In this document: piece by piece, positions 48,670 through 62,673 of the stretch
Layout: every line of letters starts with the position of its first letter
Numbering within the stretch: position 1 is the first letter of the stretch
NCBI GenBank assembly: GCA_001779115.1
Contig: MFJF01000019.1
Span: forward strand, 12,733 to 76,732
From: Candidatus Gottesmanbacteria bacterium RIFCSPHIGHO2_01_FULL_40_15
GTDB lineage: Bacteria; Patescibacteriota; Microgenomatia; 2-02-FULL-39-11
Direction of reading: 5' to 3'
Length of the DNA: 64,000 bases
The notes under the pieces: model-generated
The model's input: the letters and a program-made list of their open reading frames with translations, nothing else
Database searches by the model: none
What the model was told of the DNA's origin: nothing
Program-made: the position numbers and the translations under genes

Positions 48670-49662
48670 ATGGCGAAGATTTTAAAAAGACTTGACAAAC
48701 CGTATTATACGTCGCAAAATATTAATGTGACGATAACAGATTCAATACAAAGATATCTGGAATATCTGGAAATTGAAAAAAACAGTTCCAAGCTGACTGT
48801 GCGTAATTATTTCCATTATCTGAACCGTTTTAAGATTTTTTGTCAAAAACTCTCCCCTCCTCTGACGGAAGCGGAAAAAATAACATCGGAAACTATCAGG
48901 TCATACAGGTTATTTTTATCCAGATATACCGATAAGAAAGGCCTATCTTTGAAAAGAATAACCCAAAATTACCATTTAATCGCTCTGAGGGCATTACTCA
49001 GATACCTGATAAGAATTGATGTTAACGCACTCCATCCGGAAAAAGTGGAACTTTCTAAGGCGGAAAGCCAATCCCTCAAGTTTCTTGATTTGGAGCAGGT
49101 TACCAGACTATTAAATATGCCCGAGATTTCAACTCCGCAGGGATCCAGGGATAAAGCCTTAATGGAGCTTCTTTTTTCAACTGGTCTTAGGGTCTCGGAA
49201 CTGGTGAGGTTAAACAGGGATTCCATTAATCTTGAGCGGAAGGAATTCGGGGTGATCGGCAAAGGCGGCAGAGCCAGGGTTGTTTTTATTTCCGATTCGG
49301 CCGTATATTGGTTGGATAAATATCTTAAAGATAGAAAAGATCCGTTTTTACCCCTTTTTATCCGTTATGCCGGAATTAAAAAAGATCCGGGCAGAACCGG
49401 TGAAACATTAAGACTGACAGCCAGATCGGTTCAGAGAATTATTGAAAAATATGTTAAAAAAGCCCGATTGCCGGTGAAAATAACACCCCACGGATTAAGG
49501 CACAGTTTTGCCACGGATTTATTGTCAGCCGGAGCTGACCTGCGGGCGATCCAGGAAATGCTCGGGCATAAAAATATTTCAACCACTCAGATATATACGC
49601 ATGTGACCAATCCCAGGCTCCGGGAGATTCACAATAAATTTCACAACCGGCACAATGCATGA
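48670..49662 (+). CDS. tyrosine site-specific recombinase (XerC/XerD / phage-integrase family)
   Basis: 330 aa. N-terminal SAM-like core-binding domain. C-terminal 'HGLRHSFATDLLSAGADLRAIQEMLGHKNISTTQIYTHV' (R…HxxR…Y catalytic set). Confidence 0.88.
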   Translation: MAKILKRLDKPYYTSQNINVTITDSIQRYLEYLEIEKNSSKLTVRNYFHYLNRFKIFCQKLSPPLTEAEKITSETIRSYRLFLSRYTDKKGLSLKRITQNYHLIALRALLRYLIRIDVNALHPEKVELSKAESQSLKFLDLEQVTRLLNMPEISTPQGSRDKALMELLFSTGLRVSELVRLNRDSINLERKEFGVIGKGGRARVVFISDSAVYWLDKYLKDRKDPFLPLFIRYAGIKKDPGRTGETLRLTARSVQRIIEKYVKKARLPVKITPHGLRHSFATDLLSAGADLRAIQEMLGHKNISTTQIYTHVTNPRLREIHNKFHNRHNA

Positions 49663-50741
49663 AGAGACGGGAAATTACAGTTTTTATACTTGGGGTAATT
49701 ACAATAATTCTTCCGGCCGAAATTTTTCTCAGGATTATTAATTTCCGCCCCGAATCCAGCTGGCAACCTTCCGGAACACATAAAATTGACGACAGTCTGA
49801 TATACATAAATACACCCAATTATTCCGGTGATTGGATTACAGAAGATTTTCAGCAGAAAACTTTCATTAATTCCACAGGCTTTCGTGATGAACAGATCAA
49901 AACTAAGAAACCGGAAATAAAAAGAATTATAGTTGTCGGCGATTCTTTTATATTCGGCCACGGAATAAGCAGTAACAAGTTGACTATACCGGCACAGCTT
50001 GAGAATAAAATTGCCGGAGTTGATGTAATAAATGCCGGTGTTCAGGGTTATTCTCCTGACCAGGAATACCGTTTTATTACCGGAAAAGCCATGGAGTATG
50101 AGCCTGATTTCATTATTTGGGCTCTTAATCCCCATGACTATGACAACATGACATATTTTCCTTCTCTTTATGATTTGGATAAACGGGAAAATCTTAAAAA
50201 AACTTCGGCTATGACCACATGGATTTATTTCAAGGGATTTCTGACAACCAAATTTCCGGTATTACTCCAGAAGAGTTATCTTTTTCTATATATTTTAGAC
50301 AGCCTGGAGAAAATTCCTTTGCTTAACCGCGGTTTAATGATTCCACATGACAAAAGATATGACTGGATTGAAAAAAAATTATCAGAAGAAGTTAAATCCG
50401 TGATTGCTTTCACTGAAAAAAACGAACTCGGATTGGTAATGGTATTTTTGCCTTTAAAATATTCCTACCGTGATAATAAATACAACTCACAATACGTAAA
50501 TTACGAGGGGGTGGTTAAGTCAATAAAAAAGATTCTGGATGGAGAGAACATCATATATGTTGATATCGGATTGGATTTGTGGAGACAGGCTCAAGTGAAT
50601 AAAAAGAATTCCCAGTCTGATTACAACCGTTTGTTTTTCAAAAATGATTATCACCTGAATGAAGCCGGTGCCGAAATTGCCGCTGAAATGCTGGCTGATA
50701 AGCTGGAACTGGAGAAATTATTTATCAGAAATCAAAATTAA
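49659..50741 (+). CDS. membrane-anchored SGNH/GDSL-family hydrolase
   Basis: 360 aa. N-terminal TM. 'IIVVGDSFIFGHG' (GDS block I). C-terminal 'NDYHLNEAG' (DxxH block V). Confidence 0.65.
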   Translation: MKRREITVFILGVITIILPAEIFLRIINFRPESSWQPSGTHKIDDSLIYINTPNYSGDWITEDFQQKTFINSTGFRDEQIKTKKPEIKRIIVVGDSFIFGHGISSNKLTIPAQLENKIAGVDVINAGVQGYSPDQEYRFITGKAMEYEPDFIIWALNPHDYDNMTYFPSLYDLDKRENLKKTSAMTTWIYFKGFLTTKFPVLLQKSYLFLYILDSLEKIPLLNRGLMIPHDKRYDWIEKKLSEEVKSVIAFTEKNELGLVMVFLPLKYSYRDNKYNSQYVNYEGVVKSIKKILDGENIIYVDIGLDLWRQAQVNKKNSQSDYNRLFFKNDYHLNEAGAEIAAEMLADKLELEKLFIRNQN

Positions 50742-51594
50742 CCGTTTTTTTGGCCGCCAGAACGGTATTTCGCATCAGCATAACCACGTTAACGGGACCG
50801 ACACCACCCGGAACCGGGGTGTAAAATCCGGCTGATTTTTCCATTTCCGCTTGGTTGTAATCAGGTTTAAGTTTATCATTCTCCGGATGGAGACCGACTC
50901 CTATAATAGCGGCAGACTTTTTCAGCATATCATGTCGCACAATATTTGGTTTTCCCACGCAGGGGATGACAATATCGCTGATCCGGGATAATTTTTTTAT
51001 ATTCCGGGATTGACTATGGGCCATGGTAAAACGAATACCGATTTTATTAAAATATTTTGCTATAGGCTTTCCGGCAGTCTCTCCCCTACCGATGAGAAGG
51101 ATTTTCTTTTTTTTAAGCCAGCCGGAATAATCAGCCGTTTCTGTTTTATTTTTTCCTGATAGTTTAACTTTATATATAAACCGCAAAATTTCATTGACAG
51201 CTAAGGCGACCGGCGGATCGAAACAGGAATCGGGATGAAAACCGTCAACATCTTTTTCGGGATAAACGGCATTATTAATGGCGTCAGATGGAATTTGGAT
51301 TGTTACAGGGCGCTGAACTATAATTCCATGAACTTTTTTGTCTTTATTTAACGAGTTAACGAGATTTATTAATACTTCGGGCGTTAAGGTCAGGTTATAA
51401 CGGTAAAGTCTGATTTTTATTTTTAATTTCCGGCCGATTTTGAGTTTTTGCCTGACGTAATTTATTGAGCTTTTGTCTTTTCCGACAAGAATTACAGCCA
51501 GATGCGGAGTTATGCCTTGGTCATTCAGTTTATTGATGTCTGCTTTTAACGGTTTTTCCAACTCCAGTGCGATTTTCCGTCCGTCTATTTTCAT
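50725..51594 (-). CDS. folD: bifunctional methylene-THF dehydrogenase / methenyl-THF cyclohydrolase
   Basis: Start at 'MKIDGRKIA'. 'PHLAVILVGKDKSSINYVRQK' (the YxxxK region). 'PVPGGVGPVNV'. Confidence 0.88.
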   Translation of the reverse strand: MKIDGRKIALELEKPLKADINKLNDQGITPHLAVILVGKDKSSINYVRQKLKIGRKLKIKIRLYRYNLTLTPEVLINLVNSLNKDKKVHGIIVQRPVTIQIPSDAINNAVYPEKDVDGFHPDSCFDPPVALAVNEILRFIYKVKLSGKNKTETADYSGWLKKKKILLIGRGETAGKPIAKYFNKIGIRFTMAHSQSRNIKKLSRISDIVIPCVGKPNIVRHDMLKKSAAIIGVGLHPENDKLKPDYNQAEMEKSAGFYTPVPGGVGPVNVVMLMRNTVLAAKKTVNFDF

Positions 51595-51656
51595 AGTATT
51601 AATAATACAGCTTAATGAGTGAGGACACAAAATAAAAATAAATGGCGGGATTTACT

Positions 51657-54161
51657 TTACAAGCAGGTGGCGGCGGCTACGGCGTCATTTTTATCGGAAA
51701 AGCGCATCAGGATGACTCCCTGAGTCGCCCGGGAGAGGCGAGGAACAGAAGTTATCGGCAGTTTGACGATTTGACCTTTAATTGATGTCAGTATCAGATT
51801 CTGGCAATCGGACGGAACTTTTCGGGCCGATGCGATTTTGCCGGTTTTTTGAGTTACTTGGGAAACTTTGACACCCTGTCCGCCCCGGTGCTGTTTGGGG
51901 AAGTTGGAAAAGGGTGTTTTTTTACCGATGCCTTTTTCGGAAATAGTCAGAAAGTCACCGTTTTTAATTTCACGGTTGATTACTTCCATACCGACAACAT
52001 AATCTTCGGGCTTGGATAAAATACCTCTTACTCCCATTGTGTCTCTGGCTGTCGGTCTGACTTCAGTTTCTGAAAATTTTATTGATTTACCGTTGTGGGT
52101 CACCATAAGAACTTCATCATTTCCCGTTGACAGCTTTGCCCATCTCAACTCGTCGCTTTTTTCAAGCTTGATGGCCACCAGGCCGTTTCTTCTGATGTTT
52201 TCATAAGATGAAAGCCTGGTTTTTTTCACAGTACCTTTTTTGGTTGCCATGACAATATTGGCGTATTTTTTTCTTTCTTCACCTTTTAACGCATATGACA
52301 GGACACTGGTGATAACTTCATCAGTGTCTATATTTAACAGGTTAACAATTGCCTGACCTTTACTGACACGGGATCCTTCAGGTAAATCCCAGACTCTTAA
52401 CTGGTAAACCTTACCTTTATTGGAAAAGAAAAGAATATTATCGTGGGTATATGATGAAAGAAGGTGTTCAATTGTATCTTCTTCTTTTGTTATCATGCCA
52501 ATAACACCTTTGCCTCCACGGGCCTGAACTTTAAAAGACATAGGAGATTGCCTTTTAACATAGCCGGTTTTGGTTAAAACGATGACCGTCTCTTCGTTGG
52601 TAATCAGCTGTTCGTCCGAAAACTCTCCGACTTTTGATTTGAAAACTTTGGTTTTCCGGTTATCGGCATACTTTTCCTTAAGTTTGGTTATTTCATCTTT
52701 TATTACCGTGAGTATTTTTTCCTGATGTTCCAGAAGTTCGGTCAAATAAGCGATGGTTTCCCTGATCATCAGAATCTCATCTTCTATTTTCTGGCGTTCA
52801 AGCGCCGCCAGCCGTTTCAATTGCATGTCAAGGATAGCCTGGGCTTGAATTTCGGATAGTTTAAAGCGGTTTATCAATTTTTCCCTGGCATCATCAACGT
52901 CTTTGGCTTTTTTGATGATATTTATAACCTCGTCGATATGGTCAACGGCAATTTTTAAGCCCTCAAGGATATGCTCCCTGGCTTTGGCTTCCCTCAGTTC
53001 GAATTCGCTCCTTTTTTTAATTACCATATGACGGTGTTTTATAAATTCTTCCAGAATCAGTTTTAGGGTCATGGTTTGGGGCGTTCCGTCAACCAAGGCT
53101 ACCATATTGACCGGAAAAGTCGTCTGAAGATTTGTGTGTTTATATAGGTTGTTGAGGATTTTTTTGGGAGCGGAATCCCTTTTTAGTTCGACCACCATTC
53201 TTATGCCGCGGCGGTCGGACTCATCTCTCAGATCGGATATGCCTTCGATTTTTTTATCCTTAACCAGTTGGGCAATATGGGCAATCAGCATGGCTTTATT
53301 TACCTGGTAAGGCAGTTCGCTGACAATTATGGCCGATTTGCCCTGGCCGATGTCTTCGATTTCAGCTTTGGCACGCATGACGATTTTTCCCCGGCCGGTA
53401 AGATACGCATTTTTTATCTCATTGATATCGTAAATGGCAGCGCCTGTGGGGAAATCGGGACCGTTGATGTAGCCTAAGAGTTCGTCAATTGTAATGCCGG
53501 CAGTCAAAACAGCTTTTTTTACACCGGTTTTTTCGTCTATTTCCATGGCCAGTCTGGTTTTATCCAGCATGGCCAAAGTCGCGTCGATTACTTCACCCAG
53601 GTTATGGGGAGGGATTTTGGTAGCCATTCCGACGGCAATACCGTCCGAACCCATCAGTAACAAGTTGGGAAGCTTAGCCGGAAGCCAAACCGGTTCTTTC
53701 AGGGTAGAATCGAAGTTGGAGACAAAGTTTACCGTTTCCTTTTCTATATCAGTAAGCATTTCTTCGGAAATTTTAGCCAGCTTAACTTCGGTATAACGCA
53801 TTGCGGCCGGAGGATCACCGTCAACAGAGCCGAAGTTGCCTTGACCGGAGATCAGCCGGTAGCGCATGGAAAAATCCTGGGCCAGACGCACCAGAGCATC
53901 ATAAACCGGCATATCACCGTGCGGATGATATTTTCCCAGGACCTCTCCGACAATTTTGGCGCTTTTAGTGTATCTGGAAGTAAAATGAAGACCCATCTGG
54001 TGCATGGCATAGAGAATTCGGCGGTGGACCGGTTTAAGGCCGTCACGGACATCAGGAAGTGCCCGGGAGACGATTACGCTCATGGCATAATTGAGGTAAC
54101 TTCTTTTCATTTCAGTCGTGATTTCGACTGATTCAACTTTTCCGATATTATTTAAATCCAT
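51657..54161 (-). CDS. gyrA: DNA gyrase subunit A
   Basis: 834 aa. '[34 protein letters not shown]'. Active-site region 'AAMRYTE'. C-terminal beta-pinwheel repeats. Confidence 0.95.
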   Translation of the reverse strand: MDLNNIGKVESVEITTEMKRSYLNYAMSVIVSRALPDVRDGLKPVHRRILYAMHQMGLHFTSRYTKSAKIVGEVLGKYHPHGDMPVYDALVRLAQDFSMRYRLISGQGNFGSVDGDPPAAMRYTEVKLAKISEEMLTDIEKETVNFVSNFDSTLKEPVWLPAKLPNLLLMGSDGIAVGMATKIPPHNLGEVIDATLAMLDKTRLAMEIDEKTGVKKAVLTAGITIDELLGYINGPDFPTGAAIYDINEIKNAYLTGRGKIVMRAKAEIEDIGQGKSAIIVSELPYQVNKAMLIAHIAQLVKDKKIEGISDLRDESDRRGIRMVVELKRDSAPKKILNNLYKHTNLQTTFPVNMVALVDGTPQTMTLKLILEEFIKHRHMVIKKRSEFELREAKAREHILEGLKIAVDHIDEVINIIKKAKDVDDAREKLINRFKLSEIQAQAILDMQLKRLAALERQKIEDEILMIRETIAYLTELLEHQEKILTVIKDEITKLKEKYADNRKTKVFKSKVGEFSDEQLITNEETVIVLTKTGYVKRQSPMSFKVQARGGKGVIGMITKEEDTIEHLLSSYTHDNILFFSNKGKVYQLRVWDLPEGSRVSKGQAIVNLLNIDTDEVITSVLSYALKGEERKKYANIVMATKKGTVKKTRLSSYENIRRNGLVAIKLEKSDELRWAKLSTGNDEVLMVTHNGKSIKFSETEVRPTARDTMGVRGILSKPEDYVVGMEVINREIKNGDFLTISEKGIGKKTPFSNFPKQHRGGQGVKVSQVTQKTGKIASARKVPSDCQNLILTSIKGQIVKLPITSVPRLSRATQGVILMRFSDKNDAVAAATCL

Positions 54162-54215
54162 ACTTTAAATTCGGGATCCTCCCGCGTCAGAGCGCGGGGG
54201 AAATATTGAAAACCG

Positions 54216-56240
54216 TTATTTACCGATGAATTGAATGACGAACGGAGCTATTAACAGCGCTACGATCTGGACGATTTTCATCATCGGATTAAGCGCCGGA
54301 CCCGAAGTATCCTTTAAGGGATCTCCGACAGTATCTCCGACGACGGCCGCTTTGTGAGTATCGGAACCTTTGCCGCCGAAATTGCCGTCTTCTATATATT
54401 TTTTAGCGTTATCCCAGGCTCCTCCGGTATTGCACATGAAAAATGCCAGCATCAAACCGGTTATAACCACACCTCCCAGAAATCCTCCCAGGGCGGCGGC
54501 TCCGAATAATCCGGCCAATATAGGCATAATAATGACAATGGCGGCCGGCAGAACCAGTTCCCTTTGGGCAGCTCTGGTGGCAATGGCGACTGCTTTGGAA
54601 TAATCAGGCAAACTAGTGCCTTCCATAATGCCTTTTATTTCTTTAAACTGTCTTCTGACTTCCTCAACAATTTCAAAGGCGGCTTTTCCGACGGCGTTTA
54701 TGAGCCGGGAGCTGAACAGAAACGGTAATGCTCCTCCGATGAGGATGCCGACAAAGACTTTCGGATCAGCCATATCAATTGAGGTTAATCCGGTTGCTTC
54801 AAAATAGGTGGAGAATAATGATGAAGCGGCAACTGCGGCTGATCCGACGGCAAAGCCTTTGGTCAGTGCCTTGGTAGTGTTACCGACAGCGTCAAGACTG
54901 GCGGTAACCGCAGGAGCTTTTCCGCCGAGATTGGCCATTTCCACCATGCCCGAAGCATTGTCGGAAATCGGTCCGTAAGTATCAAGCGACATGATAATAC
55001 CGGTTGTGGCCAGCATGCCCATACCGGCCAGGGATATACCGTAGAAACCCAGGAAAAAATATCCGGTAAAAATAGTTGCCGCGACAATCAGAACGGAGAA
55101 AAAGGTAGATTCCAGACCATAGCCTAAACCCGAAATAAGATTGGTGCCGCTGCCGGTTCTGGCTGCTTTGGCAATTTCAACGATCGGTTTTTCTCCCGGG
55201 CCGGTATAGTATTTGGTGACATATAAAAGAGCCAGCATGGAAATAATTCCTGACACAGCCGCATAACCGGCCCTTATTTCACCCAGAAGATATACGGCCA
55301 GGAACATGAAAATAACAATGGCGGCAACAGCCGAAATTATAAAACCCCTGATAAGCGGGTCAATCGGGTTTTCCTTGTCATGTTTGGCTTTGACAAAAAA
55401 AGTTCCCAGAATGGAAGTAAGAATTGCTCCGGATCTGGCCAGAAGCGGAAATACAACTCCTTTAAGTCCGAAAAGACTGCCGCCCAGGATCATGGCGGCC
55501 ACAATTGTTAAAGCATAGGATTCAAACACATCAGCTGCCATGCCGGCGCAATCACCGACATTGTCACCGACATTATCGGCAATAACAGCCGGGTTCCGGG
55601 GATCGTCTTCAGGGATACCCTTTTCCACTTTTCCGACCAGATCAGCTCCGACATCGGCAGCTTTAGTATAAATTCCACCGCCAACCCTCATGAATAAGGC
55701 CAATAGCGCTGCGCCAAAGCCGTAGCCCACCAGGACATCGGTTGCCTGTTTAGCAACGACTTCGGGTCCAAAGGAAGAATAGTTAAAATACGCCCAGAGA
55801 TAAATTAAAGAAACACCCAGAAGTCCCAAGCCCACTACAAGCATACCGTTGACGGTTCCGGCGCCAAAAGCCGTTTGAAGAGCCGGATTTAATCCTTTGA
55901 GCGCATTATTAGCCGTTCTGACATTGGCTCTAACGGCTATCCACATGCCGAAATATCCGATGATGGCGCTGAATGTTGCTCCCAAAAGAAAAGTTACGGC
56001 AGTGCCTATACCCAACGTCAGGGCAATAACCAGGGATAAAACAGCCATTATCGGAATAACAACACTGAATTGGCGGTACAGATAAGCCATAGCGCCTTCC
56101 CGGACGGCATTTCCGATTTTTTGCAGTTTTTCACTTCCTTCATCTTCAGCAAGAACTTTACGGGAGAGATAAATTCCGTATAAAAGGGCAATAACGGCTG
56201 TAGCCGGGGCACCAAACAGTGCAATTATCTGAATATCCAT
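54216..56240 (-). CDS. hppA: membrane-bound H+/Na+-translocating pyrophosphatase
   Basis: 674 aa. 'DNVGDNVGDCAGMAAD'. 'GDTVGDPLKDTSGPALN'. 15-16 TM. Confidence 0.92.
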   Translation of the reverse strand: MDIQIIALFGAPATAVIALLYGIYLSRKVLAEDEGSEKLQKIGNAVREGAMAYLYRQFSVVIPIMAVLSLVIALTLGIGTAVTFLLGATFSAIIGYFGMWIAVRANVRTANNALKGLNPALQTAFGAGTVNGMLVVGLGLLGVSLIYLWAYFNYSSFGPEVVAKQATDVLVGYGFGAALLALFMRVGGGIYTKAADVGADLVGKVEKGIPEDDPRNPAVIADNVGDNVGDCAGMAADVFESYALTIVAAMILGGSLFGLKGVVFPLLARSGAILTSILGTFFVKAKHDKENPIDPLIRGFIISAVAAIVIFMFLAVYLLGEIRAGYAAVSGIISMLALLYVTKYYTGPGEKPIVEIAKAARTGSGTNLISGLGYGLESTFFSVLIVAATIFTGYFFLGFYGISLAGMGMLATTGIIMSLDTYGPISDNASGMVEMANLGGKAPAVTASLDAVGNTTKALTKGFAVGSAAVAASSLFSTYFEATGLTSIDMADPKVFVGILIGGALPFLFSSRLINAVGKAAFEIVEEVRRQFKEIKGIMEGTSLPDYSKAVAIATRAAQRELVLPAAIVIIMPILAGLFGAAALGGFLGGVVITGLMLAFFMCNTGGAWDNAKKYIEDGNFGGKGSDTHKAAVVGDTVGDPLKDTSGPALNPMMKIVQIVALLIAPFVIQFIGK

Positions 56241-56291
56241 AATTTCAATTTCAAATATTAGATGTCAAATGTCAAGTCTCCAATTAATTTA

Positions 56292-59085
<2,794 letters not shown>

Positions 59086-59090
<5 letters not shown>

Positions 59091-59766
59091 TTTTGGTAGA
59101 CGGAAATCCCAAAAGGAGGATGTCGATGACCAATTTAAAATTGACATTCCTGTCGACATATCTCCGGGCGGCCTCGGTTTTTTCAATAAGGGAAGCAAGT
59201 TGCAGGTTTGAGAGAGGCATGGACGGTTTATTAATAAGCTGATTCTCAAGTAACCGGGTTAAGCTGTCAATAAATCCGGCGGCATCTTCACGGTTGGAAA
59301 TGAGTTTTTGTGAGAAAATCAGTCTTTCCCCGGAAGACATATTAAGAATTTCCAAAATTTTCTTTTCAAGTTTATTTCCGCCTGGAACAGCCGTTTCTGC
59401 CTTAATTTCTTTTATTACAAAGCAGCGGGACAAAACTGTAGCCAGAATTTTCTGGTCGTTAACAGCAGTCAAAATAATAACTGTTGAGGGAGTGGGTTCC
59501 TCGAGAAATTTCAGCATGGCATTTTGGGCTTCAATTGTCGCAAGATGAAAATCACGGATAAGGACGAGCTTTTTATTACCGTAACCGGGTTTTATCCGGC
59601 TGTTTTTTTCAGTGCGGCGGACATCATCTATTCCCAATGATTTTTCAGGAATGACGTTGTATATGTCAAAGGGAGAAATCTGATACTTTGATTTTAAAAG
59701 ATTTATCTGATTGTCAATAAATTCGGGATTATGAGAAAGAATCAAATAGGTCTGCATAAGTGTCAT
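59086..59766 (-). CDS. holB: DNA polymerase III delta-prime subunit (clamp-loader AAA+-like)
   Basis: 226 aa. 'NAMLKFLEEPTPSTVIILTAVNDQKILATVLSRCFV' (the …LEEP…SRC sensor block of delta-prime). Its last codons overlap the right inverted repeat. Confidence 0.65.
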
Positions 59767-59894
59767 TGACCCGATATAAAACCGGGATCAATTCCACCAA
59801 CGAAAAATTCTTTTGAATTTTTCGGGTGTCATTGACAATTATATTTTATTAAACGGATAATAAAAATACTTGGACAATTTTTGAGTCCAAGAAC

Positions 59895-61604
59895 GTGTTT
59901 ATGGATTTTGCCCAAAAAGTTCTTTCATACCTTATTGAACAGGGAGTCCTGACAAAGGAAGCTGCCGAAGAAATAAGGCAGACTGCGATTAATTCCAATT
60001 CTCCGATTATTGACATTTTAAAAAAGCAGCGCCTGGTTGACGAGGAAAAAATTCTACAGGCAAAAGCCAATGCTTTAAATGTTCCTTTCATTTCTCTTAA
60101 CAGCATGGGTATTTCCCCGGAAATTTTAAGTTTAGTTCCCGAACCGGTAGCCCGGAAAAATAAAGTAATTCCATTTGATTTTGATAAAAGAACCCAAAAG
60201 CTGTCGGTGGCCATGATTGATCCTTTAAACCTGCCTTTAATTGAATTTTTGGAGCAGAAAAGCGGTAAACCGATTACACCATATTTGGCCAAAGAAGAGG
60301 AAATTATACAAAAAATCGATGAGGAATATGCCCAAGGGTTGGCCATTGAAGTGTCCGAGGCTATCAAAGAAACGACAGCCGGAACAATCCGGACAATCCA
60401 GGCGGAAAATATCGGACAAATAATTAAGGAAGCCCCGATTGCCAAAATTGTCACAACAGTACTTGAATATGCTCTGAAGGGTAGGGCATCTGATATCCAT
60501 ATCGAACCGCAGGAAACAAAAACCAGAGTCAGATACAGGATTGACGGAGTGCTTCACGAAAAACTGGCTCTTCCCCGAGCTGTCCATGAGGCGGTTCTGT
60601 CAAGGATTAAGATTTTATCGGGTATGAAAATAGATGAGAAAAGATTACCCCAGGACGGCCGGTTCAATTTCAAGATGGGAATGGAGGAAGTTGATTTGAG
60701 GGTTTCCACACTGCCAACAACATATGGTGAGAAAGTGACAATGAGATTACTCCGGAAAACGGGAGGTATTCCCGCTTTAGCCGAACTTGGTATGACGGGA
60801 ACAGCCCTTAAAAATCTGGAGTATGCCATTACCCGTCCTCACGGAATGATTCTGGTAACAGGGCCTACCGGATCGGGGAAGACAACCACACTTTATTCCG
60901 TTCTTTCCCGATTGAATACCATTAATGTAAATATAATCACTTTGGAAGACCCGATTGAATATGAAATAGCGGGATTGAACCAGGTCCAGGTAAATCCCCA
61001 GGCAGGCTTAACCTTTGCATCGGGTATGAGGGCTTTTTTAAGGCAGGATCCCAATATCATTCTGGTCGGGGAGGTCAGGGATAGGGAAACAACATCTTTG
61101 GCTGTCCAGGCGGCTTTAACCGGGCATCTAGTTTTTTCAACACTTCATACCAATAATGCGGCGACGTCAATACCCAGGCTACTTGATCTGGGTGCGGAAC
61201 CTTTTCTTATTGTTTCGGTATTAAATGCCATTGAGGCCCAAAGGATAGTCAGACGGATCTGTACAGCCTGTAAGAAAGAAATTGCATCCGATTCAATTAT
61301 CCGGGAAGACATTAAAAAGACAATGGGGAAATTATTGCCCGAAAATATGAGCCAAATACCTTTATACAGAGGCACCGGCTGCAAGCAATGCAACAATACC
61401 GGATATCTGGGACGGATTGGTATTTTTGAGGCAATGATAGTATCCCAGCAGGTCGGCAGGATGATTTTTGCCAGGGCTTCGGCAGAGGAGATTGAAAACC
61501 AGGCTGTTGAGGAGGGTATGATTACTCTTAAACAGGACGGATATCTGAAAGCCCTGTCGGGCATAACCACGATTGAGGAAGTAAAAAGGGTTGCCCAGGA
61601 ATAA
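59895..61604 (+). CDS. pilB: type IV pilus assembly ATPase PilB / GspE-family
   Basis: 569 aa. N-terminal GSPII_E_N-like domain. 'VTGPTGSGKTTTLYS' Walker A. Asp/His boxes. Tetracysteine 'CTACKK…CKQC'. Confidence 0.9.
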   Translation: MFMDFAQKVLSYLIEQGVLTKEAAEEIRQTAINSNSPIIDILKKQRLVDEEKILQAKANALNVPFISLNSMGISPEILSLVPEPVARKNKVIPFDFDKRTQKLSVAMIDPLNLPLIEFLEQKSGKPITPYLAKEEEIIQKIDEEYAQGLAIEVSEAIKETTAGTIRTIQAENIGQIIKEAPIAKIVTTVLEYALKGRASDIHIEPQETKTRVRYRIDGVLHEKLALPRAVHEAVLSRIKILSGMKIDEKRLPQDGRFNFKMGMEEVDLRVSTLPTTYGEKVTMRLLRKTGGIPALAELGMTGTALKNLEYAITRPHGMILVTGPTGSGKTTTLYSVLSRLNTINVNIITLEDPIEYEIAGLNQVQVNPQAGLTFASGMRAFLRQDPNIILVGEVRDRETTSLAVQAALTGHLVFSTLHTNNAATSIPRLLDLGAEPFLIVSVLNAIEAQRIVRRICTACKKEIASDSIIREDIKKTMGKLLPENMSQIPLYRGTGCKQCNNTGYLGRIGIFEAMIVSQQVGRMIFARASAEEIENQAVEEGMITLKQDGYLKALSGITTIEEVKRVAQE

Positions 61605-61606
61605 AA

Positions 61607-62671
61607 ATGAATATCGGAGAACTGTTATCACTGACAATATCCAGGAATGCTTCCGACCTTCATCTGCTTGTTGACTATCCGCCGTCTCTGCGGATAAACG
61701 GGGAACTTAAACCTATGGTAACTTTGTCTCTCCTGACTGATGAGTTAATTTCGGAAATGGTTCATTCCTGTTTAAATCCGGCCCAGCGGGAATTGCTTCT
61801 TAATAACCGGGAGATTGATTTTTCGGCAGTTTACAGACTGGACAGCGGTGATAAATTCCGTTTTCGGGGAAATGCCTATTACCAGAAGGGATCTCTGGCG
61901 GCTTCTTTCAGGCTGATTCCTTCCAAAATAAAAACTATTGCTGAACTGAACCTTCCCGATATTCTTAACCGTTTTACACAGTTGCGGGAAGGCTTTATTT
62001 TGCTGACCGGACCCTCGGGCCAGGGAAAATCAACGACGATCGCCTCAATTATTCAGGCGATAAATGAGAGTAGAAACGCCCATATTATATCCATTGAAGA
62101 TCCGGTTGAGTATGAATTCGGCAAAGGAAAAGCTTTAATATCCCAGCGGGAAATGTACCAGGATACCCATTCCTGGAGGAGTGCCCTGAAACATATTTTA
62201 AGAGAGGATCCTGATATTGTATATATCGGAGAGATGAGGGATTATGAGACTATATCTTCGGCTTTGACTATTGCGGAAACCGGTCATCTGGTATTTTCCA
62301 CCCTGCATACGAACTCCGCTTCCCAGACAATTGACAGGGTTATTGACATTTTTCCTTCCGGGCAACAGCCACAAGTGAGAATGCAGTTGTCGATGGTTTT
62401 AAGAGGTGTTGTTTCCCAAAGGCTGGTACCGACAGTTGTCGGAGGAAGAGCTCCGGTTTGTGAAATTTTGTTGGGATCTGATGCAGTTAAAAGCGCCATC
62501 AGGGACGGGCATACCCATATGCTTGATAATATTATCCAGACCTCCATGGAATCCGGAATGATGCTTTTTGAAGAACATCTCAGACAGCGTGTTGAACAGA
62601 ATGTTATTTCGCATGAAATCGCAGTTCAGTATGCTTTAAGACCGGATACTTTTCTTCAGTTAATGAGATAA
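61607..62671 (+). CDS. pilT: type IV pilus retraction ATPase PilT
   Basis: 354 aa. 'ASDLHL'. 'LTGPSGQGKSTT'. 'GHLVFSTLHTNSA'. 'AIRDGHTHML'. Confidence 0.88.
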   Translation: MNIGELLSLTISRNASDLHLLVDYPPSLRINGELKPMVTLSLLTDELISEMVHSCLNPAQRELLLNNREIDFSAVYRLDSGDKFRFRGNAYYQKGSLAASFRLIPSKIKTIAELNLPDILNRFTQLREGFILLTGPSGQGKSTTIASIIQAINESRNAHIISIEDPVEYEFGKGKALISQREMYQDTHSWRSALKHILREDPDIVYIGEMRDYETISSALTIAETGHLVFSTLHTNSASQTIDRVIDIFPSGQQPQVRMQLSMVLRGVVSQRLVPTVVGGRAPVCEILLGSDAVKSAIRDGHTHMLDNIIQTSMESGMMLFEEHLRQRVEQNVISHEIAVQYALRPDTFLQLMR

Positions 62672-62673
62672 CC

